A stretch of DNA of 64,000 bases from an uncultured cyanobacterium (GCA_963710605.1 CAVQBA010000002.1:64001-128000), one strand, 5' to 3'. Counted from the stretch's first letter, positions 43,213 through 54,655 are shown. The notes: a model not told the origin generated them from the sequence alone. Numbers and translations: made by a program.

Positions 43213-44112
43213 ATGATACAGCCGATCGGTTTTACTCAGCACTCTGTAGCTACTAGTTTAGGGAAAATGGTCTATTATACAAATGACCAAGCACCTTGGG
43301 TAGTAAACAATACATTACCAACTACTAAAGAAAAATTAATCTTTTTACATGGCTTTGGTGGTGGCTCGTCTGCTTATGAATGGTCTCAAGTATATCCTGC
43401 TTTTGCTACAGAATATGAAATTATCGCTCCTGATTTAATTGGTTGGGGCGATTCAGCTCATCCTCAACGTAGTTATAAAATTGATGATTATCTTGATACT
43501 ATCACTGAGTTTTTAGATGCGGTAACTGACGAACCAACTACGATTATTGCATCATCTCTGACTGCCGCTTTTCTGATTCGGGTAGCAATTTTACGCCCTG
43601 AGTTATGTAAATCTTTGATTTTGACGACTCCTGCTGGTTTGTCTGATTTTGATCAAGATTATACTCGTAGCTTTTTTGCTCAATTAGTTAGTACTCCAGT
43701 TCTTGATAATGTTATTTACAAAGTAGGAATTGCTAATGAGTCAGGTATTCGTAGTTTTCTAGAACAAAGACAATTTGCTAGTCCCGATCGTGTCTATCCT
43801 GAAATAGTAAAGGCATATTTAGCTTCATCGCAACGAGAAAATGCTGAATATAGTGCTTTGGCTTTTGTCAGGGGAGATTTGTGTTTTGATTTGGCTAATT
43901 ATGTTTCTCAACTAATTACACCAACGGCAATTATTTGGGGCAGAAAGTCGCAATTTACTAGCCCAGAAATTGGTCAACGTTTAGCTCAAATGAATCCTTC
44001 AGCGATTAGAAGTTTTGAGGTAGTAGAAGAAGTTGGTTTGACTCCACATTTAGAACGCCCTGCACTGACAATTGGTTTGATTCATCGCTTTTTAAATGAA
44101 CTTAATTCATAG
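43213..44112 (+). CDS. Alpha/beta-fold hydrolase
   Basis: FLHGFGGG, APDLIGWGDSAHP, IIWG. Confidence 0.85.
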   Translation: MIQPIGFTQHSVATSLGKMVYYTNDQAPWVVNNTLPTTKEKLIFLHGFGGGSSAYEWSQVYPAFATEYEIIAPDLIGWGDSAHPQRSYKIDDYLDTITEFLDAVTDEPTTIIASSLTAAFLIRVAILRPELCKSLILTTPAGLSDFDQDYTRSFFAQLVSTPVLDNVIYKVGIANESGIRSFLEQRQFASPDRVYPEIVKAYLASSQRENAEYSALAFVRGDLCFDLANYVSQLITPTAIIWGRKSQFTSPEIGQRLAQMNPSAIRSFEVVEEVGLTPHLERPALTIGLIHRFLNELNS

Positions 44113-44180
44113 ACACTAACAATTTTATTTATCTTGATTGATAATTTTTTATTCTATCTAAGTCACGATCGTATTCGTCA

Positions 44181-44483
44181 TTAATCACCAGTACTTTGAT
44201 TATCGATTCCCTTTTCTGTATTTTCTTTTCTCTGTTGTTTGTTTTTAGCGATCGCTTCTATAAGTGTAGATGGTACAGGATCATATCCTCCTTGGCAAAA
44301 AGGATGACAACGTAATATTCTTTTGAGAGCTAAATAAGTACCCGTGATAACACCAAAACGATCGATCGCAACATAAGCATATTGAGAACAAGTTGGCTCA
44401 AATCGACAACTAGGAGGAAAAAGTGGCGAAATATAATTGCGATAGCAAGTAAGTAGATAAAGTAAAACTTTCTTGAGAATCAT
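44181..44483 (-). CDS. yidD: Membrane protein insertion efficiency factor YidD
   Basis: [33 protein letters not shown]. Confidence 0.93.
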   Translation of the reverse strand: MILKKVLLYLLTCYRNYISPLFPPSCRFEPTCSQYAYVAIDRFGVITGTYLALKRILRCHPFCQGGYDPVPSTLIEAIAKNKQQRKENTEKGIDNQSTGD

Positions 44484-44898
44484 TATTAATAAGTAATGTT
44501 TGAGTTGGTTGATTTTTTGTGAGAAACTGTTACATACAATACTTTTTATCAATTTTGATTGGTTTTGAATCTCGATAACCAAAATTATAAAAACAAAGAA
44601 ATAAAAGATTATTCTGTGGATATTTACCTGTAATTAGTTACTATTATATTTTGACTATAATTACTATTATGGTTTGGCTATGATAACGAGTAAAGCTGGA
44701 TTTAAGCTCAAGTAGAAAATTAGATGTCCAAAATTAATTTTTGCTTAAATAAGTTTTTTAAAGGAGATTAAACACATCTTAACCTAAACCCTTTATCATA
44801 ATGTCTATGAGGTAAAAATATTTACTTAGTTACTTGAGAAATTATTGCTAGTAATTACTATTTGTGATAAAAGTAATTAAATGACTATTATATTAATT

Positions 44899-44907
44899 GT
44901 GTGAGGA
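44899..44907 (+). promoter_or_regulatory. Yfr1-complementary site (GTGTGAGGA) at the porin ribosome-binding site
   Basis: 9 nt upstream of the GTG start. Confidence 0.65.
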
Positions 44908-44916
44908 AAACAAAAA

Positions 44917-46516
44917 GTGTTTAATTTAGTCAATAAAAAATCAATTAAGGCATCTGCGATGATCGCTTTAGCGATCGCTGGTAATAGTTTAGTTATCGAA
45001 GCCGTTAAAGCAAACGAATCAGAGAATAATCAATTAACCTTAGAGCAGATTCAAGGTTATGATCAAAATCAATCAATGGATCAAGTAACAAGCGTTTCTC
45101 AACTTAGAGACGTTTCTCCTACTGATTGGGCTTATGAAGCATTAAGAAGTTTAGTCGAGCGTTACGGTTGTATTGTCGGTTATCCCGATCGTACCTTCAG
45201 AGGAAACCGAGCTTTAAGTCGTTACGAATTTGCCGCCGGTTTAAATGCTTGTATGCAACAGATGGAGCGTTTAATCGCAGGTAGCGAATCAGTATTAAGA
45301 GAAGATGTCGCTAAACTACAACGCTTAATCACCGAATTTGAAGCTGAATTAGCCGCCCTAGGTGCAAGAGTTGACAATATAGAAGGTAGAGTTGCATTTT
45401 TAGAAGATAATCAATTCTCTACAACTACTAAATTGTCAGGTGAAGTTATTCTCGCTGTAGCCGCAGGATGGTCAGATGATCAAGATGATGCTCAAACAAC
45501 TTTAAGCGATCGTGTCCGTTTAACTTTAGATACTAGTTTTACAGGTAATGACAGATTAAGAACTCGTTTAGCCGCAGGTAATATTGCCGAAATCCAAGAT
45601 CCATTAGGCACAAATATGGCTCGTTTAAACTTTTTACAGTTTACAGGGTTAAGCGGAAATGATGTCGAACTCGATCGACTTTATTACAGAACAAGTGTAG
45701 GTGACAACACTACTGTTTGGGTAGGTACAATTTTACCTCCTCAAGATATTTACGAAACCTTTAGCCCTTACACCCAAAGTAGCGGTACAGGTGCTTTGTC
45801 TCGTTTTGGTCGTTATAACCCCTTCATTTACCGTAGTGTAGCCGGTGCCGGTGGTGGTCTTAAATTTGATTTTAATGATACTTTTAATATTACTGCTAGT
45901 TATTTGGCAGGTAATGCAAACAATCCTAACGATGGTAATGGTTTGTTTGATGGTACATACAGTGCGGGTGTACAATTAGGTATTAGCCCTACAGACACGA
46001 TCGATCTAGGTTTATCTTATATGCGTAGCTATTTCACCCCTGGCGATGTCAATGTTAGTGGTAGTCTAACTAGTGGTGAATCGAGAAGACCTTTTGGTAA
46101 TAGTGTACCTACTACTACAGATAATTTTGGTGTTCAAGCTAGTTGGAAAGTTGCATCTAGACTTCATGTTGGAGGCTGGTTTGGTTATTCCTTTGCTGAA
46201 GCTCAAGAAAATATTAATGGTGATGACGATGCTGAATTACTCAGTTGGAGTGCTAATGTTTCGTTTCTTAGATTTACTTAAAGAAGGCTCAGTGGCAACT
46301 GTTATTGTTGGGCAAGCGCCTTTCTTGACTGGTGAAGTTGATGGTAATGGTGTTGCAGATGATCCAGAACGTAACTTTATCATCGAAGGTCAATATAGAT
46401 ATCCGATTACCGATAATATTTCAATCACTCCCGGTGTTTACGCTATTTTCAATCCTGAAAATGAAGATAGAGACACGATTATTGTTGGTGTGATTCGTAC
46501 TGTATTCAAATTCTAA
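44917..46516 (+). CDS. Cyanobacterial SLH-domain porin (OprB/Som type), frameshift near 46265
   Basis: QVTSVSQLRDVSPTDWAYEALRSLVERYGCI, FSTTTKLSGE; C-terminal beta strand RTVFKF in the second frame. Confidence 0.92.
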
Positions 46517-46789
46517 TTTATTAGTATTGGTAAGAATTTCTAAGGTAATTACTTTTAAATAGTTAAATAAAAGGGTGAGTCTAACTATAAATGTTGGGTT
46601 CGCCTTTTTTGATTGAAGAATATATTCTTGATTTTAAGTATAGTATTCATTCGCAAAAGTCGAAGTTTAAACTAAAACAATATACAAAAATTTATCTGTT
46701 TTTAAAATTCACTTTTTGAGTTCAATTTATTGAACGGTATTTATTAGCCTTGTAATTTATACCCAAGGCAATTATTATACTCTTAACTC

Positions 46790-48373
46790 TTAACTCAATT
46801 GGGCAACGATCGCATTATTTAATAAAGTTTCATTAATTAACATATCTTCGACTGTAATTTTTAAATATCGATCGCTATCTACCTTAAACGATACCTTAAT
46901 TCGATCGTTTCCGGGTACGCCCAAAGGATTCAAATTGGCAATCGTTTTACCGGTCTCAGAATCATTCAAAACTTGTACTTTATTTGCCCCAAGCTCTATA
47001 CTACGAGTAATTAAACGATCGCCATCAAAATATACTTCTGTACTAATATTGTCTTCTCCTAATTCACCCATACTAATTCAATACTAGGTTGATTATCAGC
47101 AGAAGCACCTAAAATCAATTCTCGTGGTTGATTCATTGGGTATGGTTGCCCAGGGGGAATAATCGTATGCCAATCGTGACGATTTTCTCGACGATTCCAA
47201 TAACGAATACCGTAACTATGATAAAGAAAATCTTTGACTTCCAAACCTTGTTCTAATTTTAAAGCACCCATGGCAATTGCTTCAAAAGGTCGATCGCTTT
47301 TAATTTTTGATTCAGGAAAATAATTATTTAGCCATGACTTTACCGCAGGAATTTGCCCACCACCACCAACAAGCAATACGGCATCAATAAAATTAGGATT
47401 AACTCCATTACCTTGCCCTTGTTGTAAGACATTATTCATCAACGAGTCTAATTGCTCAAAAAATTGATTATCAGTTAAAATTTGCTCGAATGTATCTCTA
47501 TCTAACTGTAAATCATAGGTATCTAAATTAATGTCATCAAAAAATACTTCTTGAGCTTTTTCTTCACTTGAAAGTTTTATTTTTACCCTTTCACACAGAC
47601 GAGTGGTTAAAGTTGATTTGACGACATCTTGTTGAGTATGAAAATATTCTAATATCCAGTTGTCTAAATCGCTCCCACCTAGATTCGCACCTGCTTTACC
47701 CATTACTTTCGCTGACTTTAGGTTTTTGAGCTGAATTTTTGCCGAATAATTTGTCTCCCCATTTCAAGATAAATCCTTGAGCGGTTTGTGATTTACCCAT
47801 ATCTAATTCTACTAACGAAAAATCGATCGTACCGCCACCAAAATCAACTACTAAAATATGTTTATCTTCTTGTGTACCATAACCTAATGCCGCCGCCGTC
47901 GGCTCATCAATTATTCTAATTTGGGGAATATCCCATTTTTGGCAAACAGAATTTAACCAATAACGATAACTTTCAAAACTATCTACAGGCACAGTCAAAA
48001 TTAAAGAATCTTTTTCTTCACCTAAAAGAGGAATTATTTGTGAGAGAAACCATTCTCCTATCTGCTCAAAACTAATATTTTGTCCGTCTATTTCGGGTAA
48101 AAATCCTTGAATATCCGTACCGATACCACGTTTAAAATTATTGAAAAAACGATCGTCATCAGCAACGTCTAATCCTTTGTCTCTTACTGTCTGCCCAATC
48201 ACAATTTCTGGTTTACTCGCCGATTGTACGTATAATAAGCTCGGTATGACAGGAGGCATTTGCGGATTACGTTGGGCAATTGCTGGTAACTTGACAATTT
48301 CCGCTTCTTTAGTTGTGGGGTTGATACGGGTAATTACTGTATTGCTAGTACCAAAATCAATTGCGATCGTCAT
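46790..48373 (-). CDS. Hsp70-family (non-DnaK) protein, frameshifts near 47710 and 47070
   Basis: AIDFGTSNT, EPTAAALGY, DFGGGTID, LGGSDLD, LLVGGG across three ORFs. Confidence 0.87.
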
Positions 48374-48488
48374 ATAAAAGTTAGTTGTTAGTTGAGATTA
48401 AATTAATAGTTAGTTGTCAATCGTGAATTATTGACTAAGTTTATTCTAAGTACAGATTTATCTTAATTATATAGCAAAGGGCAAGGGG

Positions 48489-48796
48489 CTTACCGCACCA
48501 CATTTTGATTTTGAGAACGAAAATAGACCATTTTAGAGGTATTTCAACTATGTTTATCAACCAAAAAGTAATACTTTCAATCGATCGAAATTATAAAAAA
48601 TATTAGTGATTAGAAAATAATCATTACCTAAATCAAGGACAATCGATAGTTAATTAAATATAGTCGTTGATTAATATTGATGACAAAATAGAAACCGAAA
48701 TAGATTGAAGTTACTTTTGAATAAGGTTTTTGACAGTTTAGAAATACATCGATCGCACCTTAATATAGTTTAATTATCATTGTGTGGTGCGGCAAG
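48489..48796. mobile_element. 308-bp MITE with 14-bp terminal inverted repeats and a 10-bp target-site duplication
   Basis: CTTACCGCACCACA / TGTGGTGCGGCAAG (one mismatch); GGGCAAGGGG at 48479-48488 and 48797-48806. Confidence 0.85.
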
Positions 48797-48954
48797 GGGC
48801 AAGGGGCACTCGTGCACTCGTGCAAAGGTTATTTTTCGATAAATTCAAAAAAAGATAACTAACTAAAACAACATCATTTTTAGAGTAAGTCATTTTGCGT
48901 TACTACTTAAACGCTATCTAAAAATTTATTCAATAAAAGAGTCTTAGATAAAAA

Positions 48955-49311
48955 TTAACTAATAATAATCATAATTGAAATAGTTATCTTTTGCATTTCC
49001 TCTGTGGAGATAAAACCTATTTTTTTGATAAAACGTTGTAGATCTACTCCTCTTAATTGTAAAGTATCTATAGCAGAAGTTTTTGTTAATTTATTAGTTG
49101 AATTAGGTATGATTTTAACGTGCCAAGGATTTTGACTAAAGTAGTTTTTCCAATCGGTAATAGGGGCAATTAATTTTAATGGTAACTTACCGATAGCATC
49201 AGAATTAATCACAACCACAGGACGAATTTTTTTAATTTCTACTCCTAAAGTCGGTTCTAAATTAACTAACCAAATCTCTCCTTTTTTTGGCAATATTTTT
49301 TTAGTAGTCAA
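48955..49311 (-). CDS. PemK/MazF family endoribonuclease toxin
   Basis: KGEIWLVNLEPTLGVEIKKIRPVVVI, IDTLQLRGVD. Confidence 0.92.
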   Translation of the reverse strand: MTTKKILPKKGEIWLVNLEPTLGVEIKKIRPVVVINSDAIGKLPLKLIAPITDWKNYFSQNPWHVKIIPNSTNKLTKTSAIDTLQLRGVDLQRFIKKIGFISTEEMQKITISIMIIIS

Positions 49312-49630
49312 TCAAATCTCCTCCGCTTAAATCGTGCCATTCCTGATTTTCTTGATAATGGGATAACATTTTTTCGGCACTTTCTCTTAAAATTTCAGCT
49401 CTTTCTTCTAAAGGGAGGTTTAAAATAGCTAATCTTTCTTGAATAGTTAAGTCTTTATCGTCTATATTAGCCGATCGATTTTGAGAATTAGATAAGCGTT
49501 GATATTCTTCTACTGATAGCATGATGGCAACCTTTCGCCCTTGTTTTTCAATAATGACTGGCTCTTGCCTTGCCCAATCTAATAGCATCCCAAATCGATT
49601 TTTGGCTTCAGAAGCAGTTAAACTTTTCAT
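49301..49630 (-). CDS. Phd/YefM-domain antitoxin with an acidic C-terminal extension
   Basis: TASEAKNRFGMLLD..PVIIEKQGRKVAIMLSVEEY; overlaps the toxin start. Confidence 0.88.
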   Translation of the reverse strand: MKSLTASEAKNRFGMLLDWARQEPVIIEKQGRKVAIMLSVEEYQRLSNSQNRSANIDDKDLTIQERLAILNLPLEERAEILRESAEKMLSHYQENQEWHDLSGGDLIDY

Positions 49631-49711
49631 CGTTTTTTAATTCATATTTTGTCTATTTTAGCTAATTTAGTAATAGAATATGATAGTTAGCTAACAAAAT
49701 ATAGATACAGT

Positions 49712-50623
49712 GTGAGTAGTCTATTTCCTATCATCGAAATTCCCTTAAACGCCCCCGAAAATACGGAATATATGGGAACGAAAGAAAAATTTTGGTTTCA
49801 TCATTCAGAATTTGGTTTATGTCTTTATAAAAAAGCCAGAAAAAATACAGGTGAAGATTGGGCAGAAAAAATTACGGCGGAATTATGCAAATTAATCGGA
49901 TTACCATCGGCTGAATATGAATTAGCAATTTATGATAATCAAAAAGGTGTTTTATCTAAATCTTTTTTACCCAAAAAAGCTCGTTTGGTAACAGGAAATG
50001 AAATTTTAGCATCACAATTTCCTAATTATCCTCAGAATATCAATAATCCTTCTAATCACACTTTAGATAATATCTTCACTTCGTTTCAAAATTCATCGGT
50101 GAATTTACCAATTGACTGGCAACCATTAGACGGTATCAAAACAGCGATTGATGTATTTATTGGTTATTTACTTTTAGATGCTTGGATTGGTAACAGTGAC
50201 AGACATCACGAAAATTGGGCTTTTATTAATTTAGATGGAAAAGATTATTTAGCACCAACTTACGATCATGGTTCTAGTTTAGGACGAAATGAATCCGATC
50301 GAAAAAGAAAAGACAGATTGCAAACTAAAGATAAAGGTTATTCTGTCGAAGCATACACAAATAAGTGCTTATCTTGCTTATATAATAAAGTTGGAGACAA
50401 AAAACCATTTAAAACATTGTCTGCTTTTGATTATACCGCTAAAAAATATCCCCACTCAGCAAAAATATGGCTCAATAATTTGGCACAAATATCTGATGAT
50501 GATATTTCAAATTTGTGGCAACGTATTCCTAATAATTTTATCTCTTCAATTGCTATTGATTTTTCACAAGAAATATTAAAAATAAATAAAAATAAACTAT
50601 TAGACTTTGGTAATGATTTATGA
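49712..50623 (+). CDS. HipA-like Ser/Thr kinase (core kinase domain only)
   Basis: GTKEK, EDWAEK..AEL, LDAWIGNSDRHHENW, LAPTYDHGSSL. Confidence 0.88.
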   Translation: MSSLFPIIEIPLNAPENTEYMGTKEKFWFHHSEFGLCLYKKARKNTGEDWAEKITAELCKLIGLPSAEYELAIYDNQKGVLSKSFLPKKARLVTGNEILASQFPNYPQNINNPSNHTLDNIFTSFQNSSVNLPIDWQPLDGIKTAIDVFIGYLLLDAWIGNSDRHHENWAFINLDGKDYLAPTYDHGSSLGRNESDRKRKDRLQTKDKGYSVEAYTNKCLSCLYNKVGDKKPFKTLSAFDYTAKKYPHSAKIWLNNLAQISDDDISNLWQRIPNNFISSIAIDFSQEILKINKNKLLDFGNDL

Positions 50624-51378
50624 GTATCAAAAAATTATTTTTAACGTGGCAAAATCCAGAAACTTATGATTATTTTCCAATTGGGATGTTAACCAGTGAT
50701 GGTGAATATTATTATTTTACCTACACAAAAGGTGTCAAAAAAGCTCAACTGGAATCAAATTTTTATCTTTTACATTCTTTTCCTAAAATCGATCGTGTTT
50801 ATCAATCTAAAAACATTTTTCCTTTGTTTAAAAATCGCTTAATGCCTTCTTCTCGTCCAGATTATCCTCAGTATATTGAATGGCTTAATTTTTCTCAAAG
50901 CAATCCTAATTTTATGGATATTTTAGCTCGTAGTGAAGGACGAAAAGTGACGGATACATTTCAAGTTTTCCCTGAACCTGAAAATAATAATGGTTTTTTG
51001 AAAATTCATTTTTTTGCTCATGGTTTACGCTATATGCCAACATCAGCTCAAGATTATATTAGTAATTTAGAAACAAACATCCAGTTATTCGTCACTAAAG
51101 ATTGTCAAAATCAGTACGATTCTAATGCTTTATTACTAAAAACAAAAGAAAATCATAATTTAGGATATATTCCCCGATATTTAACCAAAAATATTGTTAA
51201 ACTTTTAGCAGTTAATTCTCAATCAGTGCGTGTTTGTGTCGAAAAAATTAATCCTGCCCCTACGCCAATTCAGCTTCGTTTATTATGTAATTTAACTGCA
51301 CCTTGGGATGAGAATTTTTTAAATGAAGAAGATTATCAACCGATTGTCGATTATTCTTTTTTGTTATCAACAACTTAA
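50620..51378 (+). CDS. HipS-like N-terminal + HIRAN domain protein
   Basis: IGML..YYFTY, IFPLFKNRLM..SRPD; FAHGLRY, NQYDSNA, LGYIPR; ATGA overlap with the kinase. Confidence 0.82.
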   Translation: MSIKKLFLTWQNPETYDYFPIGMLTSDGEYYYFTYTKGVKKAQLESNFYLLHSFPKIDRVYQSKNIFPLFKNRLMPSSRPDYPQYIEWLNFSQSNPNFMDILARSEGRKVTDTFQVFPEPENNNGFLKIHFFAHGLRYMPTSAQDYISNLETNIQLFVTKDCQNQYDSNALLLKTKENHNLGYIPRYLTKNIVKLLAVNSQSVRVCVEKINPAPTPIQLRLLCNLTAPWDENFLNEEDYQPIVDYSFLLSTT

Positions 51379-51577
51379 ACTCTAAACTAATCAAAATTTA
51401 ACTATCTGTAAACAAACCTAAAGAGCAAATAATTTGACTGTCTTTAACTTGCTTATAGTCATGTTTAATCGATAATAGATTATCTTCATGTAGAGATAAA
51501 AGCATATCTACTAATTGTTGGTCATTAATACTACTTCTAAGTTGACGATTTAATTTGACGATCGATTATCGCTCCTT

Positions 51578-52312
51578 TCAGAGGTTTCTTTTTTCAGGAA
51601 AACGATAGATACTAGTCACACCATCAAAAATAATTTTTCGATCAATAATATTAACACTATCTACTCTTAATTGAGTTCCATCTAAAGCAATTATATCTAA
51701 ATCAAGCAACTTATTAACATGATTAATAATCACTTTAGTTAGTTTTTGAGCTGGTTGAGTTTCAGGATAACTAACATTTACAAATTGAATTTTCTTCCTC
51801 TCTTCTAAGTCTAAATGAGTGTTAAAAGCTAAATCTACTTCTACGTTTTTTTGCTCATCAATGACAGATATTTTAATATTTAAAGATCGATCGTCATTGA
51901 TCAAAAGTTTGATATTCTTAAAGTCTAAATGAGTATTTTCGTCGTTAATTTTTTTTAGTTGTCGATTAATAAAAGACGTATTGAAACCTGTAGTCAAATC
52001 ATTTTCAGTAAATATAGCTCTCATCGTACCTTCAATCGGATGTCTGAGTTTTACTTGCCCTTGAAAAATACCACCAAAATCGATCGATACTGCTTGAAAA
52101 GATAATTGCATATGTTCGATACACAAACCATTGTACATCAAACATCGATCGCCAATGAGATCGAAACTATCAATACTCCCTTGCAGAAGTTTAACCCAAG
52201 GTTGTGCTTCAACTCGTGCTTCTAATTTCTGTGTCTGTTTAAATAAAGTATTAATAGCAGTTGTTACTACCTGACTAATTATTTTGTCTTTGCTATCTTC
52301 TCCAAAAAACAT
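51578..52312 (-). CDS. DUF2993 (LmeA-like) protein
   Basis: KLLQGSIDSF..G, FTENDLT motifs. Confidence 0.7.
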   Translation of the reverse strand: MFFGEDSKDKIISQVVTTAINTLFKQTQKLEARVEAQPWVKLLQGSIDSFDLIGDRCLMYNGLCIEHMQLSFQAVSIDFGGIFQGQVKLRHPIEGTMRAIFTENDLTTGFNTSFINRQLKKINDENTHLDFKNIKLLINDDRSLNIKISVIDEQKNVEVDLAFNTHLDLEERKKIQFVNVSYPETQPAQKLTKVIINHVNKLLDLDIIALDGTQLRVDSVNIIDRKIIFDGVTSIYRFPEKRNL

Positions 52313-52473
52313 CTACTCTTTTCCCGATTACTCAGATTATTTTTAAAACGATCGTTTTGACCCTACATCAAGAAATATTTAGTTATATTAATAAATATTA
52401 AACCATTTTTTGGATTCTTTAATCTTTAAATAGAGTGATGCGAGGTTTAGTTATTTTGTGCTATTACTAAAAT

Positions 52474-53322
52474 ATGACTAACAAACTATACGAACAAATC
52501 GGTAATTTTTACGACAACTCCAGCCAGTTATGGGAAGAAACTTGGGGTGAGCATATGCACCATGGTTACTACGGTAAAAATGGAAATTATAAGCTAAATC
52601 GCCGTCAAGCTCAAATTAATCTCATCGAAGAGTTATTAGCCTACGCCCAACTTGATAACGTTGATAATTTTTTAGATGCCGGTTGTGGTATCGGTGGTAG
52701 TACTTTGTATTTATCTAATAAATTTAATGCTAATGGTATTGGGATTAGTTTGTCCCCATTTCAGGTATCTAGAGCCACAGAAAGGGCAATGGAAGCAAAT
52801 TTAACTGATAAAGCTCATTTTCTTAAAGCTAACGCCTTAGAAATGCCTTTTGAAGATAATAGTTTTGATTTAGTATGGAGTTTGGAAAGTGGCGAACATA
52901 TGCCAGATAAAACTAAATTTTTAGCTGAATGTTATCGTGTACTAAAACCCGGCGGTAAATTGATTTTAGCAACTTGGTGTCATCGATCGACGACTTCTTC
53001 AGCGGGGGAGTTAACCGAGGATGAAAAAGGTCATTTAAAGATGATTTACGATATGTATTATCTTCCTTATGTAATATCAATTCCTGAATACGAACAAATT
53101 GTTACTAATTGTGGTTTTAAGAATATTAAAGCAGATGATTGGTCGATCGCTGTTGCTCCTTTTTGGGATACTGTCATTGATTCAGCACTCAATCCTCAAG
53201 CAATTATTGGGCTATTTCAAGCAGGTTGGGAAACAATTGTCGGTGCTATGGCTGTGCCTTTAATGCGTAGTGGTTACGAAAGAGGGCTAATTAGATATGG
53301 AGTGGTTTGTGCTAGTAAATAG
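52474..53322 (+). CDS. Gamma-tocopherol methyltransferase-like SAM methyltransferase
   Basis: WGEHMHHGYY, LDAGCGIGG, WSLESGEHMPDK; adjacent to hppD. Confidence 0.9.
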   Translation: MTNKLYEQIGNFYDNSSQLWEETWGEHMHHGYYGKNGNYKLNRRQAQINLIEELLAYAQLDNVDNFLDAGCGIGGSTLYLSNKFNANGIGISLSPFQVSRATERAMEANLTDKAHFLKANALEMPFEDNSFDLVWSLESGEHMPDKTKFLAECYRVLKPGGKLILATWCHRSTTSSAGELTEDEKGHLKMIYDMYYLPYVISIPEYEQIVTNCGFKNIKADDWSIAVAPFWDTVIDSALNPQAIIGLFQAGWETIVGAMAVPLMRSGYERGLIRYGVVCASK

Positions 53323-53530
53323 GTAATTAACAATTAACAATTAATAATTAATAATTAATAATTAGTAATTTACTCATTATTTGCATATCTATTTATGTAT
53401 TGATTTATCAAGAAAAAAAGAATAATTAAAATATAAATTTTCATCCCATAATTTTAAATGGAGGTAATTATAAATTATTTTATCTATTGTTTGATTAGCG
53501 TGGTGTTTGCTATCAGTTATTAATTTAAAG

Positions 53531-54655
53531 ATGTTAATAGATCATATTCATTTCTATGTTGAAGATGCCATTGAGACTCGTAATTGGCTCATGAAAAAAA
53601 TGGGGTTTCAATTTTTCAATCAAATTGTGAATGAGCATACCCAGACAGAAATTGTGACTTGTAATCAGCAAGTTTTCTTTTTGATTTCTTCTGCTTTAAA
53701 TCGTACTAGTCCAGTTTATGATTATCTGAACAAATTTACTTCAGGGATTGTTAATGTCGCTTTTCAGGTAAAAAATATCGATCGTATTCTTCACAAGTTA
53801 TCAAATATTGATAGCAGTAATATTCTCTATACTCCTCAAACACATTCCTTTCCTGAAGGAAAATTAACAATCGCTAAGGTAAAAGGATGGAATAGTCTAG
53901 AACATACTTTAATTGAAAATAATACTACTGTTTCTTATTCTCATTTGTTATCACGATTAGAACAAAATATTACTGGTAAATTAATAGTAGAAGAAGACAA
54001 TTTATTAACATCTTTATCATCTAGTTTGATACAATCGAATTTAGCGATAATAACAGAAATTGATCATGTTGTTTTAAATGTTGACAAAGGTAAGTTAAAT
54101 GAAGCCGTAAAATTTTATCAAAATACTTTTGATTTTCAAACATGGCAAAAGTTTAAGATTAAAACTGATAAATCAAGTTTGTCAAGTAAAGCCTTAATCT
54201 CTTCAGATAATAATTTTTATTTTAATATTAATGAACCGACTAGCCCAAATTCACAAATACAGACTTTTTTAGACGCTAACGGTGGTTCAGGAGTTCAACA
54301 TTTAGCGTTGAAAACTAATAATATTATACAGATAGTTAGCCAAATGCACGATCGAGGTTTAGATTTTTTAAATATGTCTGATGCTTATTATACTCAGTTA
54401 AAAAAACATGGTAAAGAAGGAATATATCCTGTTTTAACAACCGATGAATGGGAGCAAATCCGTCAACAAAAAATATTAATTGATTTTGAGCCACAAAATT
54501 CGACTGCTTTATTAATGCAAATTTTTACCCAACCAATATTCAATCAACCGACTTTCTTTTTTGAATTGATTGAAAGAAGAAAACAATCTCAAGGGTTTGG
54601 CGAGGGAAATTTTCAGGCTTTGTTTGAATTAATTGAACAACAACAAAATAATTGA
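53531..54655 (+). CDS. hppD: 4-hydroxyphenylpyruvate dioxygenase
   Basis: IDHVVLNV, GVQHLAL, FFELIER, GFGEGNFQALFE. Confidence 0.93.
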   Translation: MLIDHIHFYVEDAIETRNWLMKKMGFQFFNQIVNEHTQTEIVTCNQQVFFLISSALNRTSPVYDYLNKFTSGIVNVAFQVKNIDRILHKLSNIDSSNILYTPQTHSFPEGKLTIAKVKGWNSLEHTLIENNTTVSYSHLLSRLEQNITGKLIVEEDNLLTSLSSSLIQSNLAIITEIDHVVLNVDKGKLNEAVKFYQNTFDFQTWQKFKIKTDKSSLSSKALISSDNNFYFNINEPTSPNSQIQTFLDANGGSGVQHLALKTNNIIQIVSQMHDRGLDFLNMSDAYYTQLKKHGKEGIYPVLTTDEWEQIRQQKILIDFEPQNSTALLMQIFTQPIFNQPTFFFELIERRKQSQGFGEGNFQALFELIEQQQNN

